DNA of 34,228 nt, from contig JALVWL010000169.1 in NCBI GenBank assembly GCA_027034965.1, positions 1 to 34,228 on the forward strand, in the 5' to 3' direction. Source of the stretch: Candidatus Omnitrophota bacterium (lineage in GTDB: Bacteria; Omnitrophota; Gorgyraeia; S143-82). Under the pieces are notes generated by a model, which was given only the letters and a program-made list of their open reading frames with translations, did no database searches and had not been told where the DNA came from. A program made the position numbers and the translations under genes. Shown one piece after another: positions 16,884 through 30,375 of this stretch (positions within the stretch are counted from its first letter, which is position 1; the number at the start of each line of letters is the position of its first letter).

Positions 16884-17952
16884 TGGTCCTTTCCTTTATC
16901 TTTTCAATCGCTTCTCTTGTCAGGTTAGCCTGATTCTCATCTTCTGAATCCACAAACTTAGCAAGTAAATCTAGAGCCTTTGCTGTCCCTATCTCCCTCA
17001 AACCCTCTATAGCTGAGTTTATAATCATCGGCTCTGAAATCGTTTGAAGGATATCCAAGAGGACCCACTCTGCTTCGGGGCCAAGTTTAGATACAATATT
17101 AACCGCCCTGTAGGCATTCCACCTGTCGTCGGAATATTTAATGTAGGCCAACAAATATACTGCAAATTTTTTTCTTACAGCCTCATCATCCGGGATTGTC
17201 TCTACCCTCAAACCAAAATCAATTATATCTGAATAGACATCTGAGAGTTTTTGAGAACTCATAAATTCAAAGACATACATAATATCGTAGATAAATATAT
17301 CATCGCCAAATTTTGATATACCATCTAACAAGGCCTTTAAGACAACATCATTTTTTTCTCTATACAAGGCCTTCCTCAGAACCTCTTTTGCAGAATCAAG
17401 CCCAATCTTGGTCAACGCATCTATTATAGAAAACCTGACCCAGGTATCAGTCTCTCTTTCTAGTAATTCTGCAAGGACAGAAACCGATTTTTCATTGACA
17501 ATAGAGCCTATGCCCATAACAGCTGAATTCCTTACATTTATCTCTTCATCATATAAGGCTTTGGATAGATATTCCAGGGCCTTCTCTGTCCCAAATTTTC
17601 CAATAATATCACATACAAAAAGACGCACATCTTTATCCTCATCTTCTAGATATGCCCCTATTAGATCAACATAATCCCGACCTATTTTCTCCAGTACCTC
17701 TATAGCCGCATTACGGACATTGGCATTCTCTTCCCTTAGTAATGGCATCAACTTCTCTACTACTAGTTTATCTGGCCTGGAAACCAGCAATTCTATGACT
17801 GCTTCTTGAAGTGCCTTGTTATCTACATATAGGATAGAAATCAATGTATCGATTATATCTGTTATAGGTAAAGAACCAGCAACCCTTATAGCCTCTCTCT
17901 TTTCCTCTATGCTCCCGGACTCTACCTGGGCCTTCCACATCTCAATATCCAT
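16876..17952 (-). CDS. HEAT-repeat protein (PBS-lyase HEAT-like repeats)
   Basis: The sequence repeats D/N-x-x-VR-x-x-A units (ENANVRNAAIEVLEKIG, DKDVRLFVCDIIGKFG, EINVRNSAVMGIGSI, DTWVRFSIIDALTKIG). Confidence 0.7.
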   Translation of the reverse strand: MDIEMWKAQVESGSIEEKREAIRVAGSLPITDIIDTLISILYVDNKALQEAVIELLVSRPDKLVVEKLMPLLREENANVRNAAIEVLEKIGRDYVDLIGAYLEDEDKDVRLFVCDIIGKFGTEKALEYLSKALYDEEINVRNSAVMGIGSIVNEKSVSVLAELLERETDTWVRFSIIDALTKIGLDSAKEVLRKALYREKNDVVLKALLDGISKFGDDIFIYDIMYVFEFMSSQKLSDVYSDIIDFGLRVETIPDDEAVRKKFAVYLLAYIKYSDDRWNAYRAVNIVSKLGPEAEWVLLDILQTISEPMIINSAIEGLREIGTAKALDLLAKFVDSEDENQANLTREAIEKIKERTNA

Positions 17953-17963
17953 ATCAATCCTCC

Positions 17964-19055
17964 TTAGATCATCCTCATTATCTCTGCCGCAATATTATCA
18001 ACAGAAACAATCCTATCCGCTAGACCTTCATCAACTACCGCCTTAGGCATTCCATAAACAACCGAACTGCCTTCATCCTGGGCGATTACCTTACCTCCAA
18101 ACTGCTTAACCCTTCTTACTCCTTCAAGGCCATCTTTACCCATACCAGTAAGGATAACCGCTAACGTTTTATTTTTGAATATATCTGCTGCAGAAGAAAT
18201 CGTAATATCTATGCTCGGATGATAAATGGTATCTTTCGGTTCTTCACTCAAAACAGCTGTAACCATTGAACCAATCTTTTTGAGCTGAAGATGATATGCC
18301 CCTGGGACCACCAATATCTTCCCTCGTTCCAATTTTTCGCCCTGCTCGGCTTCCTTTACCAATGGCCCCCCCAGAGAGTTTAGACGATTGGCCAATGGAC
18401 CAGTAAATGCAGGTGGCATATGTTGTATAATAACCCCAGGGATGGGAAGATTCCTAGGGAGCCTCCCTATTACCTTTTGAAGGGCAGTAGGACCGCCCGT
18501 AGAGACACCTATAACCAATATATCAAAGAGACCTCTCGATGTAACTGGTGGTGCTGATTTTGGTTCTGTTACAACTGTGCTAGACGGAGAAGATTCTGGT
18601 CTAGAAGATGAACTGTAGACAAAGGCCGAAGGCTTAGCAGAAAAAGCTGTTTTTTTGGCGGCTATCGCCTTTATCTTTTCTAGAAGTTGCTGTTCGATCT
18701 TCTCGAAATTTATTCCAACACTGCCTGATTGATAAAGTTCTTTAGGGATAAAGTCCACTGCCCCTAGAGAAAGGGCCTCTATAGTCACAGCAGCACCTTC
18801 TCTTGTCAATGAACTGACCATAATCACTGGCCGGGGATATTCCCTCATAATAACCTTCAATGCCTCAATACCATTCATCTTCGGCATCTCAACATCCAGG
18901 GTAACCAGATCAGGGTCAAACTGTTTTATTTTATCAATAGCATCCAATCCATCATGAGCAAATCCTACAACCTTAATATTAGGATCTTTCTCCAGGATCC
19001 TCGAAATAGCCTTACAGATAAAGACAGAATCATCTACTATCAAGACCTTGACCAT
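17964..19055 (-). CDS. cheB: Chemotaxis response regulator protein-glutamate methylesterase CheB
   Basis: The REC domain (VLIVDDS, LVTLDVEMPKMNG) is joined by a linker to the methylesterase domain (IGVSTGGP, IIQHMP, TGMGKDG). Confidence 0.92.
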   Translation of the reverse strand: MVKVLIVDDSVFICKAISRILEKDPNIKVVGFAHDGLDAIDKIKQFDPDLVTLDVEMPKMNGIEALKVIMREYPRPVIMVSSLTREGAAVTIEALSLGAVDFIPKELYQSGSVGINFEKIEQQLLEKIKAIAAKKTAFSAKPSAFVYSSSSRPESSPSSTVVTEPKSAPPVTSRGLFDILVIGVSTGGPTALQKVIGRLPRNLPIPGVIIQHMPPAFTGPLANRLNSLGGPLVKEAEQGEKLERGKILVVPGAYHLQLKKIGSMVTAVLSEEPKDTIYHPSIDITISSAADIFKNKTLAVILTGMGKDGLEGVRRVKQFGGKVIAQDEGSSVVYGMPKAVVDEGLADRIVSVDNIAAEIMRMI

Positions 19056-19066
19056 TACATTCCTCC

Positions 19067-20224
19067 TTAGAACTTAAACCCAGAAATAATTTGCAATAAA
19101 TCATTAGATAAACGGCTCAAGTTTTCAGCTGCATCTTTGGTTTGAAGAACACCATCCTGTACCTGCGCAGCAATTGCCTTAACTATCTCCATCGTCCTGG
19201 ATATTTCTTCCACTGCCATTGTTTCTCTATCTGCAGAGACCTTAATTGGTTCCATTAATCTTTGTGTATCCTCAGCCCTGGCACTCATATCCTTTATGAT
19301 CTTCCCCGTCTCTTCTATGTTCTGTTCAGTCTCAGACACCCTTTCTTTTGCATGATCCACCATATTTATAACCTCATCACTCCGCCGCTGCAAAGAGGAT
19401 ATCATTTCTGCAACTTCCTTTGTAGCCTCCGCTGTCTTTTCTGCTAACTGCCTAACCTCATCCGCAACCACTGCAAAGCCTCTACCGTATTCACCTGCCC
19501 TAGCCGCCTCAATTGCAGCGTTCAAAGCAAGTAAATTTGTCTGATTTGCAATATCATCTATTGTCTCTATAATCTGGCCTATTTGTTGAGAACTATCTCT
19601 GAGTTGCTCTGCTGTACTTGCAGCAGCTGTAACCTCCCCAGAGAGGGCCTTCATTTTACCAATACTCTCTTCTATTTTATTCACACCCTCGCGGGCTATC
19701 TCAAGAGATTTATCTGCCGCATCACTTGCCTGATTAGCATTTTGCGAGACTTCCAGAATAATAGAGGTAATCTCTCCTATTTGCACCGCTACCTCTGATG
19801 TCTCCTTGGTCTGCGTATCTGCACCTCTACTAATCTCTTCAGAGGTCTGAGAAAGCTGGGCAGAGGCAGCTGCAAGCCGGGATATATTTGTTTGAATAGT
19901 TCCCAATAAATCCCTCAGCTGTCCTGTAACTTTATTATAAGCAATTGCCAATTCCCCTAATTCATCTTTAGATACATTGGAAATTTCCTTCCTCAAATCC
20001 CCCTCACCCATAGCAAGCAAAGAAGTCTGAATAATCTTTAAGGCATTGACTATCGTATGAGAAAGTATATACCCAAAGATATAGGCTACCACCATATTAA
20101 CCGTGAGATTAACCACCAATGCCATATTTTGGTTATGTATAAACTTATGGGCTATCCAACCTACAATGGCAGCAAATAGGACATTGCCCATTATTCCTAA
20201 ATGAATTTTGGTTACTATCTTCAT
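19067..20224 (-). CDS. Methyl-accepting chemotaxis protein: two TM helices joined by about 6 aa, then HAMP and the signalling domain
   Basis: The conserved hairpin tip is [38 protein letters not shown]. Candidate methylation sites are TSEEIS and AVEEIS. No periplasmic sensor domain is present. Confidence 0.9.
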   Translation of the reverse strand: MKIVTKIHLGIMGNVLFAAIVGWIAHKFIHNQNMALVVNLTVNMVVAYIFGYILSHTIVNALKIIQTSLLAMGEGDLRKEISNVSKDELGELAIAYNKVTGQLRDLLGTIQTNISRLAAASAQLSQTSEEISRGADTQTKETSEVAVQIGEITSIILEVSQNANQASDAADKSLEIAREGVNKIEESIGKMKALSGEVTAAASTAEQLRDSSQQIGQIIETIDDIANQTNLLALNAAIEAARAGEYGRGFAVVADEVRQLAEKTAEATKEVAEMISSLQRRSDEVINMVDHAKERVSETEQNIEETGKIIKDMSARAEDTQRLMEPIKVSADRETMAVEEISRTMEIVKAIAAQVQDGVLQTKDAAENLSRLSNDLLQIISGFKF

Positions 20225-20271
20225 ATAGTCCCCCCTCTGGCAGAAAATATTCCCCTTAATACAGTCGGGTA

Positions 20272-20769
20272 TCAGAAACTATTTAACATAGTTTTTTCTT
20301 CTTCCGATAGGAACTTCTCTATGTCTATTATTATAATTAAGCGTTCCTCCAGTTTTCCAACGCCCTTTATGCACTGCGCATCAATAGAAGTAGAAATCAT
20401 TGGAGGAGTTGGATCTATCGTATCCTTTGGCAGGCGTAAGACCTCAGAAACACTATCGACAATCAATCCAACAGTTCTTCCATCTATATCTACAACTATA
20501 ATCCTAGTCTCTTTTGTATTGTTAGGTTGAAGTCCAAACCTCTTCCGCAGGTCTAATACAGGAATCACTTTACCTCTCAAGTTCACAACACCTTCTACAA
20601 AATAGGCACATTTCGGTACATGTGTAATCTCCATCATCCTGTTAATCTCTTGAACTTTCAAAATGTCAATCCCATATTCTTCCTCACCCAGAGTAAAACT
20701 TACTAGCTGTACAATCTCGGTATCTTTATGAACTTGTTCCTTTGTCCCGGAATTATTCATCTCTGTCAT
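20272..20769 (-). CDS. cheW: Chemotaxis coupling protein CheW
   Basis: This 165-aa protein has [21 protein letters not shown] and [18 protein letters not shown]. Confidence 0.9.
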   Translation of the reverse strand: MTEMNNSGTKEQVHKDTEIVQLVSFTLGEEEYGIDILKVQEINRMMEITHVPKCAYFVEGVVNLRGKVIPVLDLRKRFGLQPNNTKETRIIVVDIDGRTVGLIVDSVSEVLRLPKDTIDPTPPMISTSIDAQCIKGVGKLEERLIIIIDIEKFLSEEEKTMLNSF

Positions 20770-20789
20770 CTCTCCCCTCCCAAGGTTTT

Positions 20790-21662
20790 TTAGCCCCTTA
20801 TAATATCCAAAAAGTCTCTCATCGAATCCAGCTGGGAAATACCTTCGGATATGATGTAATCCATTGTCATCAAATCCAGATTCAACATAGAAAACACATT
20901 TTTATGTAAGGGTGGAATAAAATTATCCCCTCCGAATCCAAGTCCAATCAAACGGGTCAAAAAATCAGCCACCGCAACAATACCCACGCTCTGCAAAAAC
21001 TTTCCATTATAGTTTATCACATCGTGATGCCAGGTTACCACATCTATCATATCATAAGGCAGATTCCATTTCTCAAAGACAATACTTCCAACAATAGAAT
21101 GGTCAAAACCTATTATCTCCAATTCTGCCTCTCTCAGAGGGATATCCTTTTCCTTCTGTAAAGGGAGTACCTTTTCATAAAATTCCTTGCCATAGTAATC
21201 CAAGATTAATTTACCGACATCATGTAAGAGTCCAAAGATAAAATGCTCTTCTACATTGGGAAGCCTTAAGTGTTTGGCCAATGCCTTTGATATAACCCCA
21301 ACACCTATAGAATGCTCCCAAAACCCATTTACGTCAAAACCAATATTATTCTGTCCATTCTTAAAGACCTCAAGGACAGAGGCAGTAAATATAGCTGCCT
21401 TGAGACGATTGAATCCAAGGATAACCAGGGCATGGTCTATCGTCTTTATTTGTCTGGGAAATCCATAAAAGGCAGAATTGACTATCCGAAGTATACGTGA
21501 AACCAGCGCCTGATCCTGGCTTATCACTTTTGCGACCTCCCTAGCAGAAACCCTTGGTTCTCCCAGCATAGATATTACCTTAGAAAGGACCTTGGGAAGT
21601 GTTGGGACATTTACTACCTGTTCGAACTTCTGCTTTATATGTACGGGTATTGTTCTCGCCAT
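20790..21662 (-). CDS. HDOD domain protein (second copy)
   Basis: Motifs seen are VPTLPKVLSKVISML, DQALVSRILRIVNSAFYG and LLHDVGKLIL. I chose the ATG at 21662 (TAGGAGT 8 nt upstream) instead of the TTG at 21689. Confidence 0.8.
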   Translation of the reverse strand: MARTIPVHIKQKFEQVVNVPTLPKVLSKVISMLGEPRVSAREVAKVISQDQALVSRILRIVNSAFYGFPRQIKTIDHALVILGFNRLKAAIFTASVLEVFKNGQNNIGFDVNGFWEHSIGVGVISKALAKHLRLPNVEEHFIFGLLHDVGKLILDYYGKEFYEKVLPLQKEKDIPLREAELEIIGFDHSIVGSIVFEKWNLPYDMIDVVTWHHDVINYNGKFLQSVGIVAVADFLTRLIGLGFGGDNFIPPLHKNVFSMLNLDLMTMDYIISEGISQLDSMRDFLDIIRG

Positions 21663-21672
21663 AAATAAACTC

Positions 21673-22005
21673 CTAGGACTTAGTTGCAAGAAAGCTACGG
21701 TACTTTATTCCCAATAATTTGAATTGTTCTGTCTCCTTAGGAGAGAAGCTGCAATACTTAAAGGCCTTTTCAATGGCCCTTTTAATCTCATCCGAGGCTA
21801 TCTCAGCCTCCTTTTTCAATACATTAAAGAATATATCATCACCCTCTACCACAACCCAAGAAACATCCATAGCTCTAATATTTTCTATATCCTCACGAGC
21901 CAGTTCCTTGCCTTTTGGAAACATAACCGCACCATCGTCAGTAACAACATCCGCGGCAAGTCTCATCCCCTCTTCTAACCATCTAGGCGCTATTCTAGAT
22001 CCCAT
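21673..22005 (-). CDS. Hypothetical 110-aa protein, the first gene of the chemosensory cluster
   Basis: GAAGGAGA lies 4 nt upstream of the ATG. The N-terminal segment LEEGMRLAADVVTDDGAVMFPKGKELAREDIENIRAMDV resembles the repeat module found N-terminal to some HD-GYP regulators. That resemblance is from memory and not verified. Confidence 0.45.
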   Translation of the reverse strand: MGSRIAPRWLEEGMRLAADVVTDDGAVMFPKGKELAREDIENIRAMDVSWVVVEGDDIFFNVLKKEAEIASDEIKRAIEKAFKYCSFSPKETEQFKLLGIKYRSFLATKS

Positions 22006-22027
22006 TTTATCTCCTTCTATGCTAATA

Positions 22028-23763
22028 TCATCCCTTCAATAAATCTTTATAAACTTTGATATAATGCCTCGCACTACTGCCCCAAGAGAAGTCGCTTGTC
22101 ATTGCGGCTTTTACCTTCTTTTGCCAATCCCGGGGTCTCTCTAAGAATTCCTCCAGAGCAGTATCCAATATAGATAATAAATCATTATAATCCAATCTGT
22201 CAAACAGGAAACCGCTATCTGACGAAATCGTATCCGCAAGCCCTCCTGTCTTGCGAGCAACCGGTATTGTTCCATACCTCATCCCTATCATCTGGGAAAG
22301 CCCGCAAGGTTCAAACCTGGAAGGAATTAATATCATATCTCCCGCCGCATAAAGTCTATGGGCCAGGGGTTCATTAAACTCCAAGATGCCTTTAAACAGT
22401 TTAGGATGTTGAACAGATAACTCCTCTAGCATCCTTTCATAATGTCTATCACCCCTGCCCAGGATAACACATACAACACCACCACGCCTGAGCAGTGTCT
22501 CAATTACCGGCACAGCCACATCTATACCTTTCTGCTCCACCAGACGAGATATCATAATGATAAGGGCGGTATTGTTATTTCCCTCGATCCCCAAGTCTTC
22601 AAACAATTTTAATTTATTTACCACCTTTCCCTTCAAGTGCATCCTTGAGCCTTTCATACCATAATGCTGGTAAATAAACTCATCCCGCCAAGGATTCCAA
22701 TAATCATAATCTATGCCGTTTAAAATACCGTTCAGTTTATGTCTATTCGCCCTCAATACCCCATCAAGGCCATAACCGTACTCAGGCATCTGTATCTCCT
22801 TTGCATAGGTAGGGCTAACCGTCAGAACAGAGTCGGAATATATGATGCCTGCCTTCATACAGTTTATCTTCCCATAGAACTCAATCCCCTGGTATGTAAA
22901 ATAACTCCAGTCAAGGCCCAGTATATAGAACTTATCCACAGGGAAGAGTCCCTGATAGGCAAGATTATGGATAGAAAATACTGTTTTTGTATTCTCAAAA
23001 AACTCATCTTCTGAATAAAAGGCCTGTTTAAATACCGGCAACAGGCCTGTCTGCCAATCATTGGTATGTATGATATCTGCCCTGAAGTCTATCCTCTTTA
23101 ATAACTCTAGGGCAATCTTAGAAAAGAACGAAAACCTCTCCAGGTTATCTTCGTAGTTCCCATAAACCTCATCCCTATCAAAAAATACAGGACAATCAAC
23201 CAGATAATAATCTATCCCACCCAGCTCTATCTTCTTGATAGAGGCCTCTATCCAGTTTGCACCAACAGGAGAGCTTATTTTTATACCTGTATCAGATACA
23301 GTGTATCCCTTACTATAAATATCCCTATAGGCCGGCAGGATAACTATGGGATCCACACCAAGCTGTAACAATGCCTTCGGCAGGCTACCCACGACATCTG
23401 CCAGGCCGCCTACCTTCACTAACGGCATCGCCTCAGGAGAAACAAAGGCCACTCTAATCTTTTTCCTGGCAGAACCCTTACGGGTCGCCTTTCTGCCATT
23501 ATCTTTATTTGGGCCCTTTTTATTTCTGGCAACCTTTTTGGCCTTCTCCTTTAGAGTACTGCTCCCTGTCTTCGAAGTCGTGGTCTTCTTCACCCGTCCC
23601 TTTGCTCTATTAGATGTCTTTTGTGCCTTATTTGTCTTTGCTTTCGAGGACTTCGAAACCGAATTCTTTTTCGTCACAGACTTCTTAGCACGCCCTGACG
23701 CAGTGCTGCTTTTCTTTGTATCAACAGCACCACTCTTTTTGCTTTTCTTCTTCCTTTCCGTCA

Positions 23764-23764
<1 letters not shown>
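22028..23764 (-). CDS. glgA: Glycogen synthase GlgA with a roughly 100-aa Lys/Ser/Thr-rich N-terminal extension
   Basis: The core starts at IRVAFVSPEAMPLVKVGGLADV and contains the GT5/GT1 motifs (PSRFEPCGLSQM). The GTG start at 23764 is preceded by GGAGGG at 6 nt and overlaps the atpD TAG by 1 nt. Confidence 0.85.
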
Positions 23765-26023
<2,259 letters not shown>

Positions 26024-26036
26024 ATAATCACCTTCA

Positions 26037-26055
26037 AAAACTAAAAACCACAACT
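26037..26055. repeat. Fragment of the intergenic repeat family in the atpA-atpG spacer
   Basis: aaaactaaaaaccacaact is the exact reverse complement of 4582-4600 (agttgtggtttttagtttt), a 19/19 match. Confidence 0.7.
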
Positions 26056-26089
26056 AAAAGCTCAAAACCATCAATCTTTAAAATCGTAA

Positions 26090-27607
26090 TCACTTCAAAA
26101 ATCCGGATTTGAATTCCTCTACTGCCTTCTTAATCTGGGCATCCAGGTCCTCAGATATCTCTTTCTTTGATTCTATCTCATCAAGGATCTGTTTGTAATC
26201 CGTCTTCAAAGCCGCAAGCCATGCCTCTTCAAATTCTTTAATCCTCTCCATAGGGATATCGTCAAGATAACCATTAACCCCGACATAGAGCACCATAACC
26301 TCTTCGGCCAGAGACATTGGCTTGTACTGACCTTGTTTCAATATCTCTACTAACCTGCGGCCCCTTTCAAGCTGGGCAATAGTCGCCTTATCCAGTTCTG
26401 TACCAAACTGAGCAAAGGCCTCCATCTCTCTATACTGGGCCAGATCAAGGCGCAGTCTGCCTGCCACCTGTTTCATCGCCTTTACCTGGGCATTTCCTCC
26501 TACCCTCGAAACAGAGAGACCAACATTGATAGCCGGCCTTATTCCCTGATAGAAGAGATTGGTTTCAAGGTATATCTGCCCATCTGTAATAGAAATCACA
26601 TTAGTAGGGATATAGGTAGTTACGTCGCCTGCCTGGGTCTCAATAATAGGCAAGGCAGTCAAGGAACCACCTCCCTTTGCATCGCTGTATTTACAAGCGC
26701 GCTCTAGTAAACGAGAATGGGCATAAAATATGTCCCCAGGATATGCCTCTCGTCCTGGAGGCCTCCTGAGAAGAAGGGACATCTCTCTATATGCCTGGGC
26801 GTGTTTAGTCAAATCATCGTATATAATAAGGGCGTGGCGGCCTGTCTCTAGAAACTCTTCGGCCATAGCACAACCCGCATAAGGGGCAATATAAAGCAAA
26901 GGTGCGGGTTCGCTCGCCCCAGCTGCAACAATTATCGTATAGTCCATAGCCCCAAATCGTTCAAGTGTCTTGACTATATTAGCAATAGTAGAATTCTTCT
27001 GGCCGATGGCAACATACACGCAAACCACACCTTTACCTTTTTGGTTTATTATCGTATCAATGGCAATAGCAGTCTTACCGGTCTGACGGTCGCCAATAAT
27101 AAGCTCTCTCTGTCCGCGGCCTATGGGTATCATTGCATCGATTGCCTTGATACCCGTCTGAAGCGGTTCTTTAACCGGCTGACGCTCGATTACTCCAGGG
27201 GCTATCCTTTCGATAGGCCTGAACCTATCTGATTTTACCTCTCCTTTACCGTCTATAGGCATACCCAGGGGATTTACCACCCTGCCGATAAGTCCATCTC
27301 CAACCGGAACCTCGGCTATCCTTCCAGTACAGCGAACTTCATCTCCTTCAAGGACATCGCTATCATCACCGAATAGACAGACGCCGACGCTCTCTTCCTC
27401 TAGATTGAGGACCATACCGTATATATCTTGTTTCGGGAAATAGACTAGCTCGCCTGACATAGCATCTTCAAGTCCATATACACGTGCAATACCATCCCCA
27501 ACCTCGAGGACCTTCCCTACCTGGGCAAGGTCATAGGTCTGAGAAAATGACTCTAATCTAGACTTGATAACCGAACTAATCTCCTCCGGATTGATTTTGA
27601 TTGTCAT
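26090..27607 (-). CDS. atpA: F1 ATP synthase alpha subunit
   Basis: Walker A is GDRQTGKT, and the N-terminus is [19 protein letters not shown]. The ATG at 27607 has a GGGAGGAG Shine-Dalgarno sequence and an ATGA overlap with the atpH stop. The track start at 27667 is rejected. Confidence 0.95.
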   Translation of the reverse strand: MTIKINPEEISSVIKSRLESFSQTYDLAQVGKVLEVGDGIARVYGLEDAMSGELVYFPKQDIYGMVLNLEEESVGVCLFGDDSDVLEGDEVRCTGRIAEVPVGDGLIGRVVNPLGMPIDGKGEVKSDRFRPIERIAPGVIERQPVKEPLQTGIKAIDAMIPIGRGQRELIIGDRQTGKTAIAIDTIINQKGKGVVCVYVAIGQKNSTIANIVKTLERFGAMDYTIIVAAGASEPAPLLYIAPYAGCAMAEEFLETGRHALIIYDDLTKHAQAYREMSLLLRRPPGREAYPGDIFYAHSRLLERACKYSDAKGGGSLTALPIIETQAGDVTTYIPTNVISITDGQIYLETNLFYQGIRPAINVGLSVSRVGGNAQVKAMKQVAGRLRLDLAQYREMEAFAQFGTELDKATIAQLERGRRLVEILKQGQYKPMSLAEEVMVLYVGVNGYLDDIPMERIKEFEEAWLAALKTDYKQILDEIESKKEISEDLDAQIKKAVEEFKSGFLK

Positions 27608-28146
27608 CGCGTCAACTCCTCCCTTAAAAGTTCCAGCCTTTTGGCAATAGAGCCATCGTAAAGCCAACCCTTATAGTAAACCTTTATGCCGCCGATAATA
27701 GCCTCATCAACAGACTCCTTGAGCTCAATCCACCTTCCTAGATAAGAACCCCATATATGCAGGAATAGCTGCCTTTCGGAATCAGACAATGGTCTGGCAG
27801 TAACCAACTCAACGTCTATTCGGTGATGGAATGTATTATAGAAAACCAAAAATTTCGAATAGATCTCCTTAAAGAAACGAATCCTCTTCTTCTCCAAGAG
27901 GATAAATAAAAACCAGGCGATTGCATAATTGAGAGAAAACCTATCCACCACCTCCTGGATCAAGGCCTTTCTCTCTGATTCAGGGATAACAGGGACAGAA
28001 AGCCAATACAGAAACCCTGAATCAAGGTCAGTAATTGCCTTTATAAGGTCCAGTCCCGCCTTTATATCCTCTATAATAGAATGCTCCTTGCTGTAGTCAA
28101 ACAAGGCCTCGGCGTACTTCTCTGCAATAACAAATTTGTCATCCAT
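27604..28146 (-). CDS. atpH: F1 ATP synthase delta (OSCP) subunit
   Basis: This 180-aa protein starts [15 protein letters not shown] and has [23 protein letters not shown] near the C-terminus. It sits between b and alpha. Confidence 0.8.
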   Translation of the reverse strand: MDDKFVIAEKYAEALFDYSKEHSIIEDIKAGLDLIKAITDLDSGFLYWLSVPVIPESERKALIQEVVDRFSLNYAIAWFLFILLEKKRIRFFKEIYSKFLVFYNTFHHRIDVELVTARPLSDSERQLFLHIWGSYLGRWIELKESVDEAIIGGIKVYYKGWLYDGSIAKRLELLREELTR

Positions 28147-28160
28147 AACAAAAAGTCACC

Positions 28161-28640
28161 TTATCTCTCAACAATGCCTTCTATTGCCTCTCGAATTATC
28201 TGTTCATGCTCTTCCGGACGAACCTCTCTGCGTAATATCTTAGATGCCACCTCAATAGAGATGTTCACCACCTCTTCTCTTAAGGCCTCCTTTGCACGCT
28301 TTACCTGTTCGGCTATCTCGGAATTGGCATCCTCTATCAACCTCTGCATCTCCTCCTTGGTCTTCAGGACCTGTTCACGATAATAGGCATCGGCCGCCTG
28401 TTCGGCCTTGCGCCTTATAATCTCTGCATCCTCTTTGGCCTTATGGACCATCTCCTGGGCAGCACGGCGATTCGCCTCCGCCTCTGATAACAATTTCTGC
28501 GCACCCTCAAGGTCTGATTTGACCTTATTTATACGTTCATCAAGCATATCCTGAAGCGGCCGATAGAGAAGCTTTGCCATCAAGAACATCAAGAGCAAAA
28601 AGCTTATTACCTGAACAATAAGCGTCGCATTTAGGTTCAT
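28161..28640 (-). CDS. atpF: Fo ATP synthase b subunit
   Basis: One N-terminal TM helix (LIVQVISFLLLMFLMAKLLY) is followed by a long charged coiled coil. Confidence 0.85.
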   Translation of the reverse strand: MNLNATLIVQVISFLLLMFLMAKLLYRPLQDMLDERINKVKSDLEGAQKLLSEAEANRRAAQEMVHKAKEDAEIIRRKAEQAADAYYREQVLKTKEEMQRLIEDANSEIAEQVKRAKEALREEVVNISIEVASKILRREVRPEEHEQIIREAIEGIVER

Positions 28641-28674
28641 ACGCCTCCTTTTAGGATATAGCGGTCTGTACTAG

Positions 28675-29707
<1,033 letters not shown>

Positions 29708-29768
29708 TCGCCCCTCATCTAGAAAAGGTTATAACAACACTGTCAGCCTATATCACCTGATATTATAC

Positions 29769-30170
29769 TCAAAATTTTCCTATAAGGCTATAGATAAATA
29801 TACCTATTCTTACCGATAACAATCCTAGGCCAGCAGATAATAGATAAACAATGCCGCCGTAGCTGCCGCATAGATATAAGAATATCCCCATCATCAGAAA
29901 TCTGAAGGCATACCCACCTATAACCGGTAGGAACAGCCGCTTCACACTAGGAGAATAATCCTTCACAAGCAATTCGAGTTGATATCGCAAGAGGAGAAAG
30001 TTAAGTATGGATACCAAGCTCCCCAAAAAGTAGGCAGCGCCAATCTTCCAGCCAACAGCTACAGATAAAACAACACCTATAATGGCTATAGCATAACCCG
30101 TAAAACGCAAGACATCTGAGACACAGGCATTAACCTCATTTTTCTGACTCGAGAATAAGCCTATAGACAC
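29769..30170 (-). CDS. atpI: ATP synthase protein I-like membrane protein (AtpI/AtpR position)
   Basis: It has four hydrophobic segments and lies directly upstream of atpB. The start is uncertain. The track start at 30185 is a TTG. The GTG at 30170 lies 8 nt after GGAGG. All options overlap atpZ. Confidence 0.55.
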   Translation of the reverse strand: MSIGLFSSQKNEVNACVSDVLRFTGYAIAIIGVVLSVAVGWKIGAAYFLGSLVSILNFLLLRYQLELLVKDYSPSVKRLFLPVIGGYAFRFLMMGIFLYLCGSYGGIVYLLSAGLGLLSVRIGIFIYSLIGKF

Positions 30171-30375
30171 TAAATGCACCTCCAATTATCCCCAATATCA
30201 AACCTATTAGAGAAAATAAGGGAATGGTCTTGAAAAATTTATCTAATTTCATACCAAGAAATCCTCCAAGCAGTACACAAAAGATAAATTGCAAACCTAT
30301 CTGGGAGATGAGGGCAAAATACTTGAAAGTCGATTTTATATCAGATTGTTCTTTATCCCTATCTAATGAAGACAT
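30136..30375 (-). CDS. atpZ: AtpZ/ATPase_gene1-family small membrane protein
   Basis: This 79-aa protein has two TM helices, with QIGLQFIFCVLLGGFLGMKLDKFF...PLFSLIGLILGIIGGAFSVYRLI typical of the family. Confidence 0.65.
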   Translation of the reverse strand: MSSLDRDKEQSDIKSTFKYFALISQIGLQFIFCVLLGGFLGMKLDKFFKTIPLFSLIGLILGIIGGAFSVYRLILESEK

